Source: Euglena gracilis (taxonomy: Eukaryota). Taken from it: DNA of 64,000 nucleotides. The notes beneath the pieces are model-generated. The model was given only the letters and a program-made list of their open reading frames with translations. It was not told the DNA's origin and searched no databases. Each line of letters opens with the position of its first letter. Within the stretch, counting starts at the first letter, position 1. Shown here one piece after another: positions 1-12,400 of the stretch. The translations under genes and the position numbers were made by a program. The stretch is from positions 43,212,632-43,276,631 of the forward strand of contig CP154954.1 of assembly GCA_039621445.1 (NCBI GenBank), given 5' to 3'.

Positions 1-1634
1 AACACAAACACACCCAACCTCGCCGCAATCATTTAATGTCTATTAAATGAGTCTCAGGCAAAGGCCTGCTTGGGACGTGACAGTGGTGACCGAACCCCCT
101 CGCCCTTCCTATTCCTGACCTGGCCCGCCTCTCTGACCAGCACTGGCCCGATGTCGAATGGGTTCCACATCGGTGGCAGCCTCAACTCTCTTTTGAAATG
201 GCGTTCCACATACATCGCGAAATGGGAAGTGGCACAAGGTGGTGAGGGGTCCTCAACTGTGCCATGTCTCCAGAGTCATCACCGGGTGATTCCTAAGTTA
301 GAGGGTGTCCCACCCCGGGGGGGGGGGGCAGCTAGCACATTTTTCCCAACCAACACCTTTTCCACAGCAGCTGCGCTGGAGACCCCTCCTCAAGGGTCTG
401 GCACCCAAGCCCTGCCAAAAAATAACCCAAGCCCAGTTGGGTTCTATTTCATTTGTTCAACCAAATTCTTGAGGTAAAAACCTCAAAACCCAAAAAAGAA
501 CCATTTTTCTTTGACAAACGTCATCGCAAATTGGCAGTTTGGCCGGATACATTCCTGCTTGGCCCACTGGACGCAGTCCCCCAAGCTGGGATTGGGTTCA
601 GGTTGGCACCCGGCTGGACCCCCCTCCTGGGCTTCCCTTGGTGGGGGGGGGGGTCAACCCAGCCCCTTCTTTCCAGCCAGATCCATTTCCTAGCCAGCCG
701 GCGGGACCTCCCCCCACCGGACCGTCTGAACCCTCCTGGTCGTCACAGCAGGGTTTCCTTATGGGGAACCTGCAATGTTAAGAAATGGGAAGATCCCGAC
801 GCCGAAAGGAATCGATCTTCATTTTGAAACACCAATTTCAAAATGCCAGCAATCCTTGTCTCGCGCACAATTACGCATGAGAATCGGAAAAATCATCACA
901 GAAGCCCATGTTACAATTCCATGCGACGCGGTCAGGCTCACTGCAATTTGTTGATTTTTGTTACCGATGCCAGTGACTGTGTTTTAAATCCAGCCTGCTG
1001 GCCCAGGAGATGTGTTGCCGAGCATTGTCACCCCCTTCTCTGTCCCCTGGATTTCCACTGTGTAAGTTTCTCGCCTTCCCCTGATATCTTTCTAATCGTT
1101 TTACATTGACCGCACTTTCCACATTGACCGTGTCCCCGTGTTGTTTCATTTCACAGGCAGCATAATGTGGAATCTCATGAGTTTCGATGTTGTCCCGTAT
1201 GCTAATTTTTCAGACTCCCTTTTACAGAGCTGTAATCGAGGGGAAAATGAAAATTTTCCACCTCCGGATTTTTTTATTATGCAACTGTATTTTGGTATTT
1301 ATTTTGATTGAACGTTGTGAACACCCTGATTCTAAAAACATGCAATTTATTGGCCAAATCATCCAAAAATGACAAAAAGTTGACAGAATGTTTTGTTCTC
1401 AGACAGAATGTGGAATTTTTCTAAGTCGAATGTTCAAGCAAATCCACCATCTGTTTCGTACCATGTGTTGCACCGCGTGCACTGTGTGTGGCACTGCATC
1501 AATACCACAATACACGGTTCTTTTGTTTGTGTCACGTTTTTTGAGGGTCCATGTTTCCCACCCACATGCAAGGCTGCATTGAAGGATGAAGGTCGCTGCA
1601 GATGTGCCAGGATGCGCTCCAGAACGGAACCAGG

Positions 1635-1830
1635 CAGGGATTTTCAACGGTTGGACCCTCAGGGGGTAGAGTGTGTAGGTCCGCCGGACCCCCAAAGGTA
1701 CCCCAAGAGCCTTGTGGGTCCCCGGCCAGAGGCGGGTTTTGGATCATTTTTGGCTTTCTTGACCCCCAAAATTGGCCCCAAACAGTGTCCCCCGGACCCC
1801 CTCCCACCCCGGTCTTTAAAAAAATCCCGG
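1635..1830. mobile_element. CAG-ended MITE related to the 57018 family
   Basis: CAGGGATTTTCAA ... CCGGTCTTTAAAAAAATCCCGG; TSD only 4/8. Confidence 0.6.
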
Positions 1831-1929
1831 GGGCAGGGGATAGGAATCAGCGTGAAGTTCCAGCAAAATGATTGCAATAAAGGTCGATTTTTTTGCCCAC
1901 CTTTCCTGTGGACATACGTGTGCTGGGAG

Positions 1930-2154
1930 CAGGCTTGTACTTGCCCATCGGGGGGTGGGTGGGTGGGTGGGTGCAAGAGGGTGCCTGCCCCTGGCAGGCA
2001 CCCCCCCTTGGGGGGTGGGGTCCGGGGGGGGGACCCAGAAAATTTTCATTGAAAATGGCCTTTTCCGGGCCCCCGGCGCCGGGGTCGGAGGGGGGTCTGC
2101 CTGCCCATAGCCCCCCCCCCCCGTGGGGTGGGCACCCGACTAAGCAAAAGCCTG
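1930..2154. mobile_element. hAT-like MITE with 8-bp TSD
   Basis: TIR CAGGCTTGTACTT / AAGCAAAAGCCTG; flanked on both sides by GCTGGGAG. Confidence 0.85.
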
Positions 2155-2798
2155 GCTGGGAGAGCAGAGTTTTTTTCTTATTGTGAACTGCTTGGCAAGA
2201 TGGGAAAAAATCACATGAGGTGGTATATCAATGCACACTGGTGCACACAACCTTGTCTGGTAATGCTGACTCTTCCAGGATTGCATATCAAACCTGCATG
2301 CAACAACATGCAATGCAACGAGTGCGCATAATGAGCCAAAGGGAAGTCTGCCAGGGAGAGGGAAGACCCCCTTAATAGCCTCGCAGGAGGCAAGAGCGCA
2401 AGGCTGTTCGTTCTGAGGTGACGGTTCAACTTGCTTTTTTCTTTTGTATCAAAATCCGACTCCCTCTGGCAGGGTTTCCATCACCCGGCCGCTCCCGGCT
2501 TAAACTCGTTTAGCACGGCTACTTGGTTTCGCACTGAATTCCACCCAAGCGTTTCCCCGGCTTGGCCAGTTTAGCTTCGGCAGTGCATCCCAAGCCCCGC
2601 CGCGGTCCCGCTCATTTGTGTCCGGCCGCCCCGCCTCTGCTGTGCAGGTTTGTGGCCGACCCGCAGCCGATGTGACCCCCTCCCGGCCCCAGCCCCCACC
2701 CACAGCCCCGGGGAGAGAGAGAGATGGGTGGCACCCCCTCACAGTCCGCCCCCGCCCCCGCCGCCGGCCCGGCTCCCAACCCCGGCCAGCCCCGCCAG

Positions 2799-5598
2799 CC
2801 GACGCCCGAGGAGGAGTACCGCCTCGCGCTGCAGACGTACGCCATGCGGGCCGACGCCGCCCACCGCGACCTGTCGTACAAGAAGCGGATGCCCGAGCGC
2901 TGGGGGACCACCCCGTCCCCGCGGTAGCGGTAGTGGGTGGGGGGGGGGGCTGAGGCGTTCTTTACCCACTGCTTTGGTTGGGTGGGACGGGTCCTCGGGG
3001 GGGGGGGGTCCTCCTCGGGGGGCCCGCCGGGTCTGCCAGCGCCGCCGAGCCGAAGCCCCCGCCGCCCCCGCCCAGCCCGCTGGAGGCGCTCTCCGCGGAG
3101 GAGCTGTGCGCCGCGGTGCGGGAGTGCCTGCGGGGGGCGTACGGCGGGGAGTTCGCGGGGGTCAGCGGGCGGCCCCCTCCCCGGCAGAAGCCCCCAGCGG
3201 AAGGCTCGGAAGGGGCAGTGATTGGCGGGCCATTGCAGGGAGGACGGGCCGGGGAGTGGGTGAGGCGGAGGTGCACTGTCCAAAGGGGGGGGGTGCTACC
3301 CCCCCCCCCTCTTGAACCAGGTGGTCGTCTCCCATCCTCCTGTAACGTATCCCTTCTGTAACGTCTCCCATCCATCCTGTAACATATCCCTTCTGTAACG
3401 TCTCCCATCCATCCTGTAACATAAAGCGTGCTGTCTTTTCGGGGCCAGTTTTATGTCACCTTGAAAACTTCTGGGGCGCTCTGGGAACTGTCAGGATCTC
3501 TGATTACGGCTGACCTTCTGACCACCTGTCAGGTGACAAGTACAAGGGGGTGGATGTGATAACATTTACAGCGGACGCATTTGCTTTTTCCGTTTCTGCC
3601 ACTCTTCCTGGAGTCAAAATGATTGGAAGGAAAACAGAAAATGGGAATTTGTGTGTTGTGTTTCATTTTGGGCCGTGAGGCATTTAGTCCGAGAGAAAGT
3701 TCCGGGAGGTGGGGAGTCGGACACCTCTAACGATTGGGTTTCCTGGATTCCCGCTCAGCCCTGGCTGATACCCACCAAGTGCTCATCCATGGGACCTGTG
3801 CCTGGTCTTGCACGGAATCAAAAACGACCACGTCGCGCCAGACATGCAGAAAATGCTCGAAATCGACGTCAGGGTCCGGTTCCAGGGCGGGTCATAGGGC
3901 CCCTTTTTGGCATTTTTTGGGCCGACATCCCGGCGTGGCCACCTGGCAGTCCCCCCCCCCTCCCTCTCGGGGTCGCCCGGCCACCGACGAGGTCGTGGCC
4001 CAGTTCCGCGCGCAGCTGCTCGACGGCTCGCGCGTGAAGCACCTACAGCCCCGCGACTGGAAGCGGCTCTGCCCGTGCATCGGGCCGCGCACCCTGCTCC
4101 AGGAGCGCCTCCGGGCGTACGGTGCCGCCCCGGCACGCCCCGCCGCTCACCGACTCAGCCCCCCCCCCCCCCCCGGCTGGGGGACCTGGGTGGCCCTCGG
4201 CCACATTGTCACATGTCGCGCGTGCCGTGTTGTGCGGGAGACCCATCCTTGAAATAGCGGCGGGTGTCCCTCACCCGCCCCGAAACCTGTCACTCCACCC
4301 TCGCCCCCTGTCCCCCCGCTGGCAGCGCAGCCCAGGCCGCCGCCCCCCACCACCGATGGGGGTTTTGGGTTGTGTGCGTGTGTTGATGCGTCGGTGACCG
4401 AGACGGGTTATGGGCTTGGCTGGCTTCCGGTATTGCGCGTCATCTTTCACAGAGTGCTCCGGCCTACAGCATTTAGGGCGGGTGGTTTGGAGCCGGGCTG
4501 GCAGAGAGGCGGCCTGGGGCCAGCCCCGGAGACGCCCCCGCCTGCCGCCGCCCCCAGCGGCAGCCCGGCGGAGGCCCCCCGGCCGGCGGACGCCCCCCGG
4601 CCGGCGGCTGCCGCAGCGAACGGCGTGGCGGGAGCCGCAGACGGCCGCTCACCGGACATGGCGGCCATCCTGGCCCAGCTGCCCGTCATCAACTGTGAGG
4701 CCACCGCTGGGCCAGCCGCTCCAGGCTGGGGGGGGGGGGTTCAGATGGGTTCAACTGGAATGAAGCTTTCAAGCGCAGTGTGCAGTGGGATTTATTTTTG
4801 CATGGATGAAGGCTGGACAGAATTGCTGGATGGTGTTGGAATTCTTCCATGTCCAGCCAATCCCCATGGGGAGGAGTAATCCCCAAAGAATGGGGTCTTG
4901 GCCACACTTGTGTGTCTAACTCCACACCCTGGGTTGTGGTTGACGTGGTTTGGCTCCGGACCAGGTTTCGATAAAAGCAGGGTGGCGCGGCTTTAGGTGA
5001 GGGCCCCCCTTGATTCCAGGTGGGTCCAAACCCCCCCCCCCACCTGCCAGGGGGGTCTGGACCTCCCAGGGGTACTTTTTCCCCTCCCCGAAACAGGGCC
5101 AAAATTGTCCAAATGGCATTTTGGGGAGGTAAAAAGGTTTGCCCCGGCATTTTCCGCCGGGCCAAACATGCTCCATTTTGATCGTGCTGCGGTTTTGGTG
5201 GAGCCCCCCCTTTCTTGACAAGGTGGCGGGGGGGGGGGGGCCAGACCAGCCCTCCCACCTGCACTTATATCGATATCTCTCGATTGGGGGGGGGGGGGCG
5301 GAAGTGGTTTTTTAAGAGTGAAAAAATGACCCACACGTCGGTTGTAGCCGCAGCAGCAGCAGGAGGAGGGATCGGGGCTCACCCCGCGGTGCCGCCAGAG
5401 AAAGGGGAGCCAGAGGAGGCCACGCCGTCGCCGCACCCGCCGCGGCCGCTGAAGCTGCAGCAACCCACGCTGTTGGAGGCGGAGGACGACGTCGCGACGG
5501 AGTGGGACGACTCCTCCATCGCCTCCCCCATCAGCGTCTCCGGCCGGGGCTTTGGGGTGGAGACGCCCCGCCCCGCGGCTGAAGTGGACTGGAAGTGA
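2799..5598 (+). CDS. SAM (sterile alpha motif)-like domain protein, multi-exon, 5' end not located
   Basis: GC3-rich exons ~2799-2882, 3041-3162, 3985-4121, 4524-4698, 5397-5598(TGA). Spliced core LEALSAEELCAAVRECL...GVDEVVAQFRAQLLDGSRVKHLQPRDWKRLCPCIGPRTLLQERLRAY follows the SAM pattern (F..x.IDG..L..L...D...L....G.R). The tail is Pro/Ala/acidic and low complexity. Confidence 0.65.
2883..3040 (+). other. Non-canonical intron (paired ends)
   Basis: AAG-CGGATGCCCG ... CGGGTCTG-CCAGC; removal gives in-frame SYK|AAEPK. Confidence 0.5.
3163..3984 (+). other. Non-canonical intron
   Basis: CAG-CGGGCGGCCCC ... GGGGTCGCCCG-GCCAC; joins the SAM halves as FAGV|DEVV. The junction can slide 1 nt. Confidence 0.65.
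3327..3422. repeat. Minisatellite (CTCCCATCCATCCTGTAAC.TATCCCTTCTGTAACGT)
   Basis: About 2.5 tandem copies of a ~37-bp unit. Confidence 0.8.
4699..5396 (+). other. Non-canonical intron
   Basis: GGC-CACCGCTGGG ... CCCGCGGTG-CCGCC; in-frame INCE|EKGEP. The nearby GT-AG alternatives create a TAG stop. Confidence 0.65.
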
Positions 5599-6467
5599 AA
5601 GTGAAGTGAAGTGAAATGGTGAAGTTCCCTGGCCGAGAACTTCCTTATTTAGTCTGCAAGCGTCAAGTGTTGGTTGTGCATTTGCTTGATGCGGCTGAAC
5701 CTTGCTGTCGCTGTTCGCCGAGGGTTTGCCGGTGCGTGCGACTCTTGTTTCCCCTGGTGTGTTCGTCATGCACGCTGACGGGTGGTTCGCATGCATCGCT
5801 GCACCTTGCTGTTTCACACGTGGTCATTGTGCTGATGGTGCCTGCCCAACTATTGGGGTTCGATCTTTTCCAACTGATGTTCCAACGGCCCTGGCCACTA
5901 GCCCACGCCTGGCAGGGCTTCGTCCTCTCAGTCTGCCAATCGACCGGGCAAGCTCGGTTGCGGGAGGGAGTTCCTCGGCGACAGAGCGAGGATCAGGCTG
6001 TTGTTGAAGGTGAGCTGCCCCCCCCCCCGGGAGTGGGCACCCCAAATGTTTTGTGACGGGGTCACATAACTCAAACCTCCTCTTGTGTTTATCGCCAGAT
6101 GCCTGGGAAATCTAATATGAATTTCCGACAATTTTCGGCCTCTCCAGGAAGGGGGAGGGAGGGAAAGGCTTGCCAGCCTTGGCCCTTCGGAAAATCACAG
6201 CTTTTCAAAGACACCGGTGAAAACGACATCCCGGGAAACGTTTAGGGGAGGTTTTCCGACTCATAGTTTTTGAGGATTTTGTCATCGGTGTTGTCATTGC
6301 GAAATTGTTGTTCTGATGGCCAACCCACAGCTTAGGAACGCCGCCGCCTGTGAAACGCAAGCCAGGTATGGACCCCATGGACACAGCTCCTGACTGCATT
6401 TGAACTCCAGTTCCCGGAGTGGCGCAGGTCCGCCAAGCCGACACCGACCCCCAGTGTGGCCCCCAGC

Positions 6468-9400
6468 ATGGCTGCCAGCCCCGATGGTCAGCCCGCCGCT
6501 GGTATGGGTTGGGCGGGTCGGCCCGCCGCCAGAAGGGGCGGCACGTGGTGGTGCAGGACCCCGCCGCCGGGAAGGCCGCGGAGCACCACACCCACCCCGG
6601 CATCAGCAAGCTGTCCTGGGGCAAGGCCGGGCCGTTGCGCTGGTTTGGGGCCCCGGCGGTCACATCCACTGCTTTACAGGCCATCGCCCCCACCAGTTCA
6701 CCCTGCACCTCCTTCCCGGGCGAAATTGCCATGCCCAAGATGCAGGGAATTTCTGAAGCTGGGGGGGGGGGGACGGTCTAGCTGGGTTGGATCTTTTTCA
6801 GCCAAATTTTTGAGGTGAAAAAAACCAAAATATCAACAATCAAACATTTTTGACCCCCATTTTCGAAATTTTCGGTGCAATGCAAAAAAAATATTGACAT
6901 CCAACCCCGGCTTCGGCAGGAAGCTGGCGAGAAAAAAAGGTGCTGGCTGGGCTTTTTTGCCTGCTTTTGAGTCCCGCCCAACAGCCGGTAGGACCCCCCC
7001 CCAGAACCCCACCCCTTAAGGGGTCCAGCTCGCTCCTTTTTCCCAGCCTGCGCCTTTTTCCCGTCAGCTGACATGGGTAAGGAAGTACAGGACGTGGGCA
7101 TATTAGCTCCTCCCCCTGGAAATCGCCACCTGCCAGGTCGGCCAGACTGTGGACCGAGACGACCTCTGATCAGGACAGGCAGGCCGGTATCAGGGTATCG
7201 GAGTATCAGGGTATCAGGCATCAGACCTTGCCATCTTCTCAGCAGGGAACTTCTGAAGAACCCGGGGGGTCCAGCCCAATGACGACCCCCACCTTGTCGG
7301 AGGTCACTTTTTCGGGGGTTTGGCCAGATTTTTGGCCCAGCACATAGTGCCGGACCGAAAAAAAATTTTCGAGCCTAGAATTGGCCAAAAATTGGCCAAA
7401 ATGCCATTTTTTGGCATTTTTGGGGCAAAAAAAAGGTGTCAAAGTTGCCCAAAATTTCCTGCGCAAAGTGCCAGAAGGAAATCTTAACCTTTTGGGGCGG
7501 TGGGGTCCTGGTTACCGGGGGCGGAACACGTTTTTCTTCTGCGCTTTTTTGTGTTTGTCAATTTTGGCAAAATTTGTGTTTTCCTGGCTTTTTTTCTTGT
7601 CATTTTTTCCTGGCGATTTTTGGATTTTTTTGCTGGATAAATTTTTTCGACCATAAAAAATTCCTGATTTTGGCTCCAATTTTCCCCCGAGAGAAGGAAA
7701 ATTTTATCAATTTTTGTCATTTGTGCATTTTTGGTCAACAAAATGCTTATTCTTATGCAAAATAAAACTTTCCCCGGCAGAGCCGAAAGTTTTTATCAGT
7801 CCTCTCCAGCAGAAAGTTTACATCCCGGGGGAGCTCGTAATGGATTTTACATATGCAATGCGCGTTTCTTTTGCGTTTTCTTTTGATGTTTTGCGGTATT
7901 TTTGTATTTTTTTTGGGTCGCGTTTTTTTGAGGGTCCATGTTTGCGTCCCCCCCCCCCCGCCTGGATACCTGCAAATTTTTTTTGGACCCATTGTCCAAT
8001 AACCCCGAGGAGGACAGAGGTAACCAGTCGTTGGATATAGGGATGTCTATGCCCAATGTCGAGCAGCCGCCCGCAGGCGATGCTCGGCCAGCGGTCGCGC
8101 TACTCGAACCACCGGCTGATTGACTGCCCCTGGCAGCCCGACGTCCACAAGCCGTGGGTCGCCCGGGGGGCCGCTGGAGGCTTTCGTGGCCTCCCAATCC
8201 CCCAGACCCAGGCTCATGGTAGCCAGAAGCGCTGTCGATGTCACTGTCACTGTCAAGCGCTTTCAAGCGCTGTCAGCCTGGCCGGGCCCAACCCCGCGCC
8301 GCCCACTGCACGACCCTCAGCCTCCCCCCGCGGCCGTGCAGCTCGGGCAGGTGCTGTTCTTCGAGTTCATGCGGGCCCTCTTCTACCTCTTCATCATCCG
8401 GAAGTTCGGGGTGCGGCTCCGACCGGGCCGCCCAGATACGCTGGTCGAATGGCGCGTTTGAGGGGGTTGGTGTTCCACGAACACGGAATTTCCGAGGGGT
8501 CTCGGAATCACTGGGTATGAAAAGGTTCCGTGCGCGTGGCCCAGGGCCGCGCCTGGGGAGAAAACTGCATGGCGCACGCGAAGCGGTACGCACTACTGCC
8601 TGCAATCATCCTGCGGCGCTCTCAGGCGTTTGCAGGTCCCATCGGAAGACAATTGCAGCGATCGCCGGGGCGCGGTTTGCCCACCGTGGTTGGAGGGACG
8701 GCGCACGGAATGTGCCGCGCGGCCCGGCCTCGGCAGCTGCCGTACTTCGCGGTGCCGGTCATCTCGACGTGGCTTTGCCTCCGCAACCAGTGGTACGTCG
8801 ACTTCCAGCCGCCGCTGTACACCACTATCGTCGTGTTCCCGCTGTCCTTCTCCCTCGGCCGGGAAGCGGCCCGTCCCATGTTTTGCAGGATCCGTCTAAT
8901 GTTCCCCATGCCATGCAGCCTTCCTGCCACACGCGCAGGGTACGAACACGTGCAAAACCCTCTATTCAATGCTCACGGTGCTCATTTGCTGGCGTTTGTG
9001 TGGCACCCCACACCCATGCATTTGGCGCCCCCCCCGGCCTGCCCGCCACCCCTTCTTCCTTCCCACAGCGCCGCTGTCCGGGGCCCATCGCGGCGTACCA
9101 GCGGCGGGAGCAGGCGCTGTCCATCCTGGCCAGCATCAAGGCCTCCGCGCAAGCCCTGTACCTCTTCAGCGTGTGCTGGACCACACCCAGGCCGGGCTTT
9201 GGGGCTCGCGGAGCGGTTGGGGGTGGGAGGGTGAGGACGTCATGGCGGAGCCCGTTCAGGGTTCAAAACGCATCAAGTCGGAGAGGGTCAAGCATGCCAA
9301 CTTTTTTTTGCCAGTCTGCAGCTTCAGCTGGGCTGCTGACCCCCCCCCCAAATAGTCCACTAAAATGAATTTGGGTTCTGCCGCGTTGAGCAGCTCTAGG

Positions 9401-12400
9401 ATTGCAAAGAGGCCTGGTGGGGACCCAAACCGAGCTTCCCCGTGATTACCTCGTCAACACCTCCCAGATTGTTCGGGCGACTTTTCGTGCCCTGCCGGAG
9501 GGGGAGAGCATTCGGGGGTACAAGCTGCCATTGAAGTTTTTTTCCCCATTTCTTTCACCCATTTCATATTTTGAATCATCCAAGTCTTTTTTATTCGTCC
9601 GCAGGGTTCCCCCCCAGGCAGCCCCCAACTTCGGCCACTACCTCACCGCGATCAGCGAAACGGAGCGGGAAACGATGTTGGGCAACATCTACCTCCAGTA
9701 CCAAGACCTGTTCTACCAGGTGGACCTCTTCCTTGCAGAGCCCTGCCCCTGAGAGTTGCGGTCGTGCACATGTTATTGCATGTTTAGCACATGTTAGTGC
9801 TTTTTTGTCAGGAACTGCTTCTACCTGCCATCCAAGTCCATCAAGCACATTAATGCCGCCAAGCCTCCTTGTAATGGGAGCGGTTGTTTGATTGTTTGTG
9901 GCAGTGGTTGGGGCTGAGGGGGGGGGGCCTGGGCTCACCCCAGGGTGGCAGGTCCCTGGGGACGGCTCTCAGGCATCGGGCCCCCATTGGTCACGGTGCC
10001 GTTCAACAACGCCATCAACCTCATCCTGGGCTTCGAGCGCCTCCGCGTCTTCTCCGGCAGTGAGGCGGCCCACAGCCTCCCCAGCCTCCGTCTGCCAGTC
10101 GACCAGGGGCGTACTTCTTGAAGTAAGTGTGCGGACGGTTGTGAAGCTTTGTGGTGGCGGTCGGTGGAGTGCCCAATTCCTGGCCCAGGATCCCAAAGGC
10201 GACGGGTATCAACACAGCTGCCTCAGCCTCGGTGGTGCCTCTCTTGGGAGGGTGATAAGTGGCAGTGCCACAGAATTGAGGGTGCCACACAGCGTCATGT
10301 TTCTTTTGCTTCGTGCCCTCCGAACAGTTGCGTACAAAGGGCATCGGCAACAAAAGGGAGTTGCACGCACATGGAATGTGTAGTAAACCCCCCCAAATAA
10401 CACACCTCCCCCGGTGTGTTATTTGGGCACCCGAGCTGGGGCCCCAGGGGTTGTTATTTGGGGGGTGTTATTTTTATATGGAAACCCAAAGGAAAACAGG
10501 GGGGGTGTTATTTAGGCGCTCGAAATCAGCCCCCGAGGGGGGGGGTTATTTGGGAGGGGGGTTTACGAGGGATTTTGTTCTTTTAGGGCCCTCCGAACAG
10601 TTGCGTACAAAAGGGCATCGGTTTGAAATTAGGTCAAAATATTTTTTTTCAGTTTCATGGTCCAACATATGTTCAAGGTGGTTCGAGGAGGCTCTCTCGA
10701 GCCTCCTTGACCGACCTCAAACAACATTCGAGGAGTCTCTCAGGCCTCCTCGAACGTGCTCGAACGACATTCGAGGAGGTTCTCGAGCCTCCTCGAATGT
10801 TGTTCGAGCTCGTTGTTCAAATGTCGTTCGCGGAGGCTCGAGAGACTCCCCGCCCTCCTTGGGCCCCCCCACTGGGGGGACTACCGCACGCCATGCACCA
10901 TCCGCAGCTACTGCACCTCGTGCATCAGCATCCTGGCGTTCACCATGGGCCCCTACTTCGCAAACATCGGCAACAACTGGCACCCCGCGCTGCCTCGGGC
11001 CTCCCCCTCCAATTTGGGGGGCGGGGGGTCGAAAGGCGCAAGGTTCAATGCACTCTGCAGCCTCCGCAACAGTACGACCCCACCCCCTTCGGAGCACTCC
11101 TGTGTTATGGCAGCATGCCTCAGATGGCGTTTTTTTTGCAAACTTTTCATTCGGCCATAAACAGTGACCCACTGAATGCCCAGTTGTGGTGTGCCATATG
11201 CCGAATGGACGTTTGTTTTGTATCCCTGTCAGGCACCAACCCTCCCCCGGTCGCGAGGAAAATGCCGTGGTATTCGAATGGAAAGGAACCTTCAATGATT
11301 TCCTGTGAACCTCCAAACAGTCTCACAGAAAGGGCAGTGCAAGTGAAAATTTTCGTCTTATTGCACCCCCCCCCTATATCTAACGACTCCCCTATGTCCA
11401 TCGACCACCCCGCCACCCCCCCCCCGGTCAGAGAAAGACACTTTTTCAGAAGTCTGACCAAATTCTTGGCCGAAATCTTTTGCACCCAAATCGGCCAAAA
11501 ATTGGCCAAAATGCCATTTTTGGCGCTTTTTGAGCAAAAATTTGTCAATTGCCCAAATTTTTTGGCGCTTTGTGACGGAAGGAAAATTTTGGCCTTTTGG
11601 GGGGGTGGGGTCCCGGTACCCGCCAACTTTTTTTTGACCCCTTGTCCAACGACCGTAGGTCGGAGGACACCTTTTTGGTCACAACCCTATGTCCAACAAC
11701 CACCCCCCCCCCGGTCAGAAAACAGAGGTTGCCGGTCGTGGACATGGGGGGGGGGGGGTAAGCTAACGGCTATGGCTACGGCCATGACTATGGCTATGAG
11801 ACTCTGGTGCATTCCGGAACATTCCGGAGAAGAAGGCTTTAGAGCCTTCTCAAGGCAACAATCAAGAAGATTGTTGGGTGATCGAGTGACTATGCAGAAC
11901 ATCTTGATCGACCTCTTTCAACATAAGAGCAGGTTACAAAGTACCCTGAGGACCTCCTCCGAAGGAGTCTTTGCTGCCGTTAATATTTTAAACTGATCCA
12001 AATGTTGACAGCATTTTTTTGGTGTCCACGGGTGAAAACAGGCGAAAAAAGAAGCAGCTGACATCCTTTTCGAAATTTTTTGAGTCACTGAATGTGTTTT
12101 CTTGTCTTGGACTCAAGGTGCACAAAATCCATCCAAATACACTATGGCAAAGTCCACCCCCATTTGCTCAATTAAAGAGAAAATTTTGCTCGGAAAATGA
12201 ACACAACCCCTATGGTAGATACTCTCCCAAGGGCTTTGCTTTGCAATCACCTCCCCTCCCTCTCCGGGCCAACCACATCATTGTGTTTGCCCACCCCAGT
12301 GGCATGCCCATGCCCCGCTTGGCCTACACCAACACGCCTCATCGCTTCTTCGAGGAGGTTTCCCTGTGGCAGAGGTGTGTGATGCCGGTGTGCCCTCCCC

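Noticed and set aside
10660-10850. CRISPR-like palindromic repeat array
   Set aside because: The spacers resemble each other and the repeat, the units are degenerate, the context is a eukaryotic intron, and there are no cas genes.
10623-11996. 457-aa ORF (and the 352-aa ORF at 34038) as a transposase or other gene
   Set aside because: It runs through MITE sequence and overlaps a real exon in another frame; no protein motifs.
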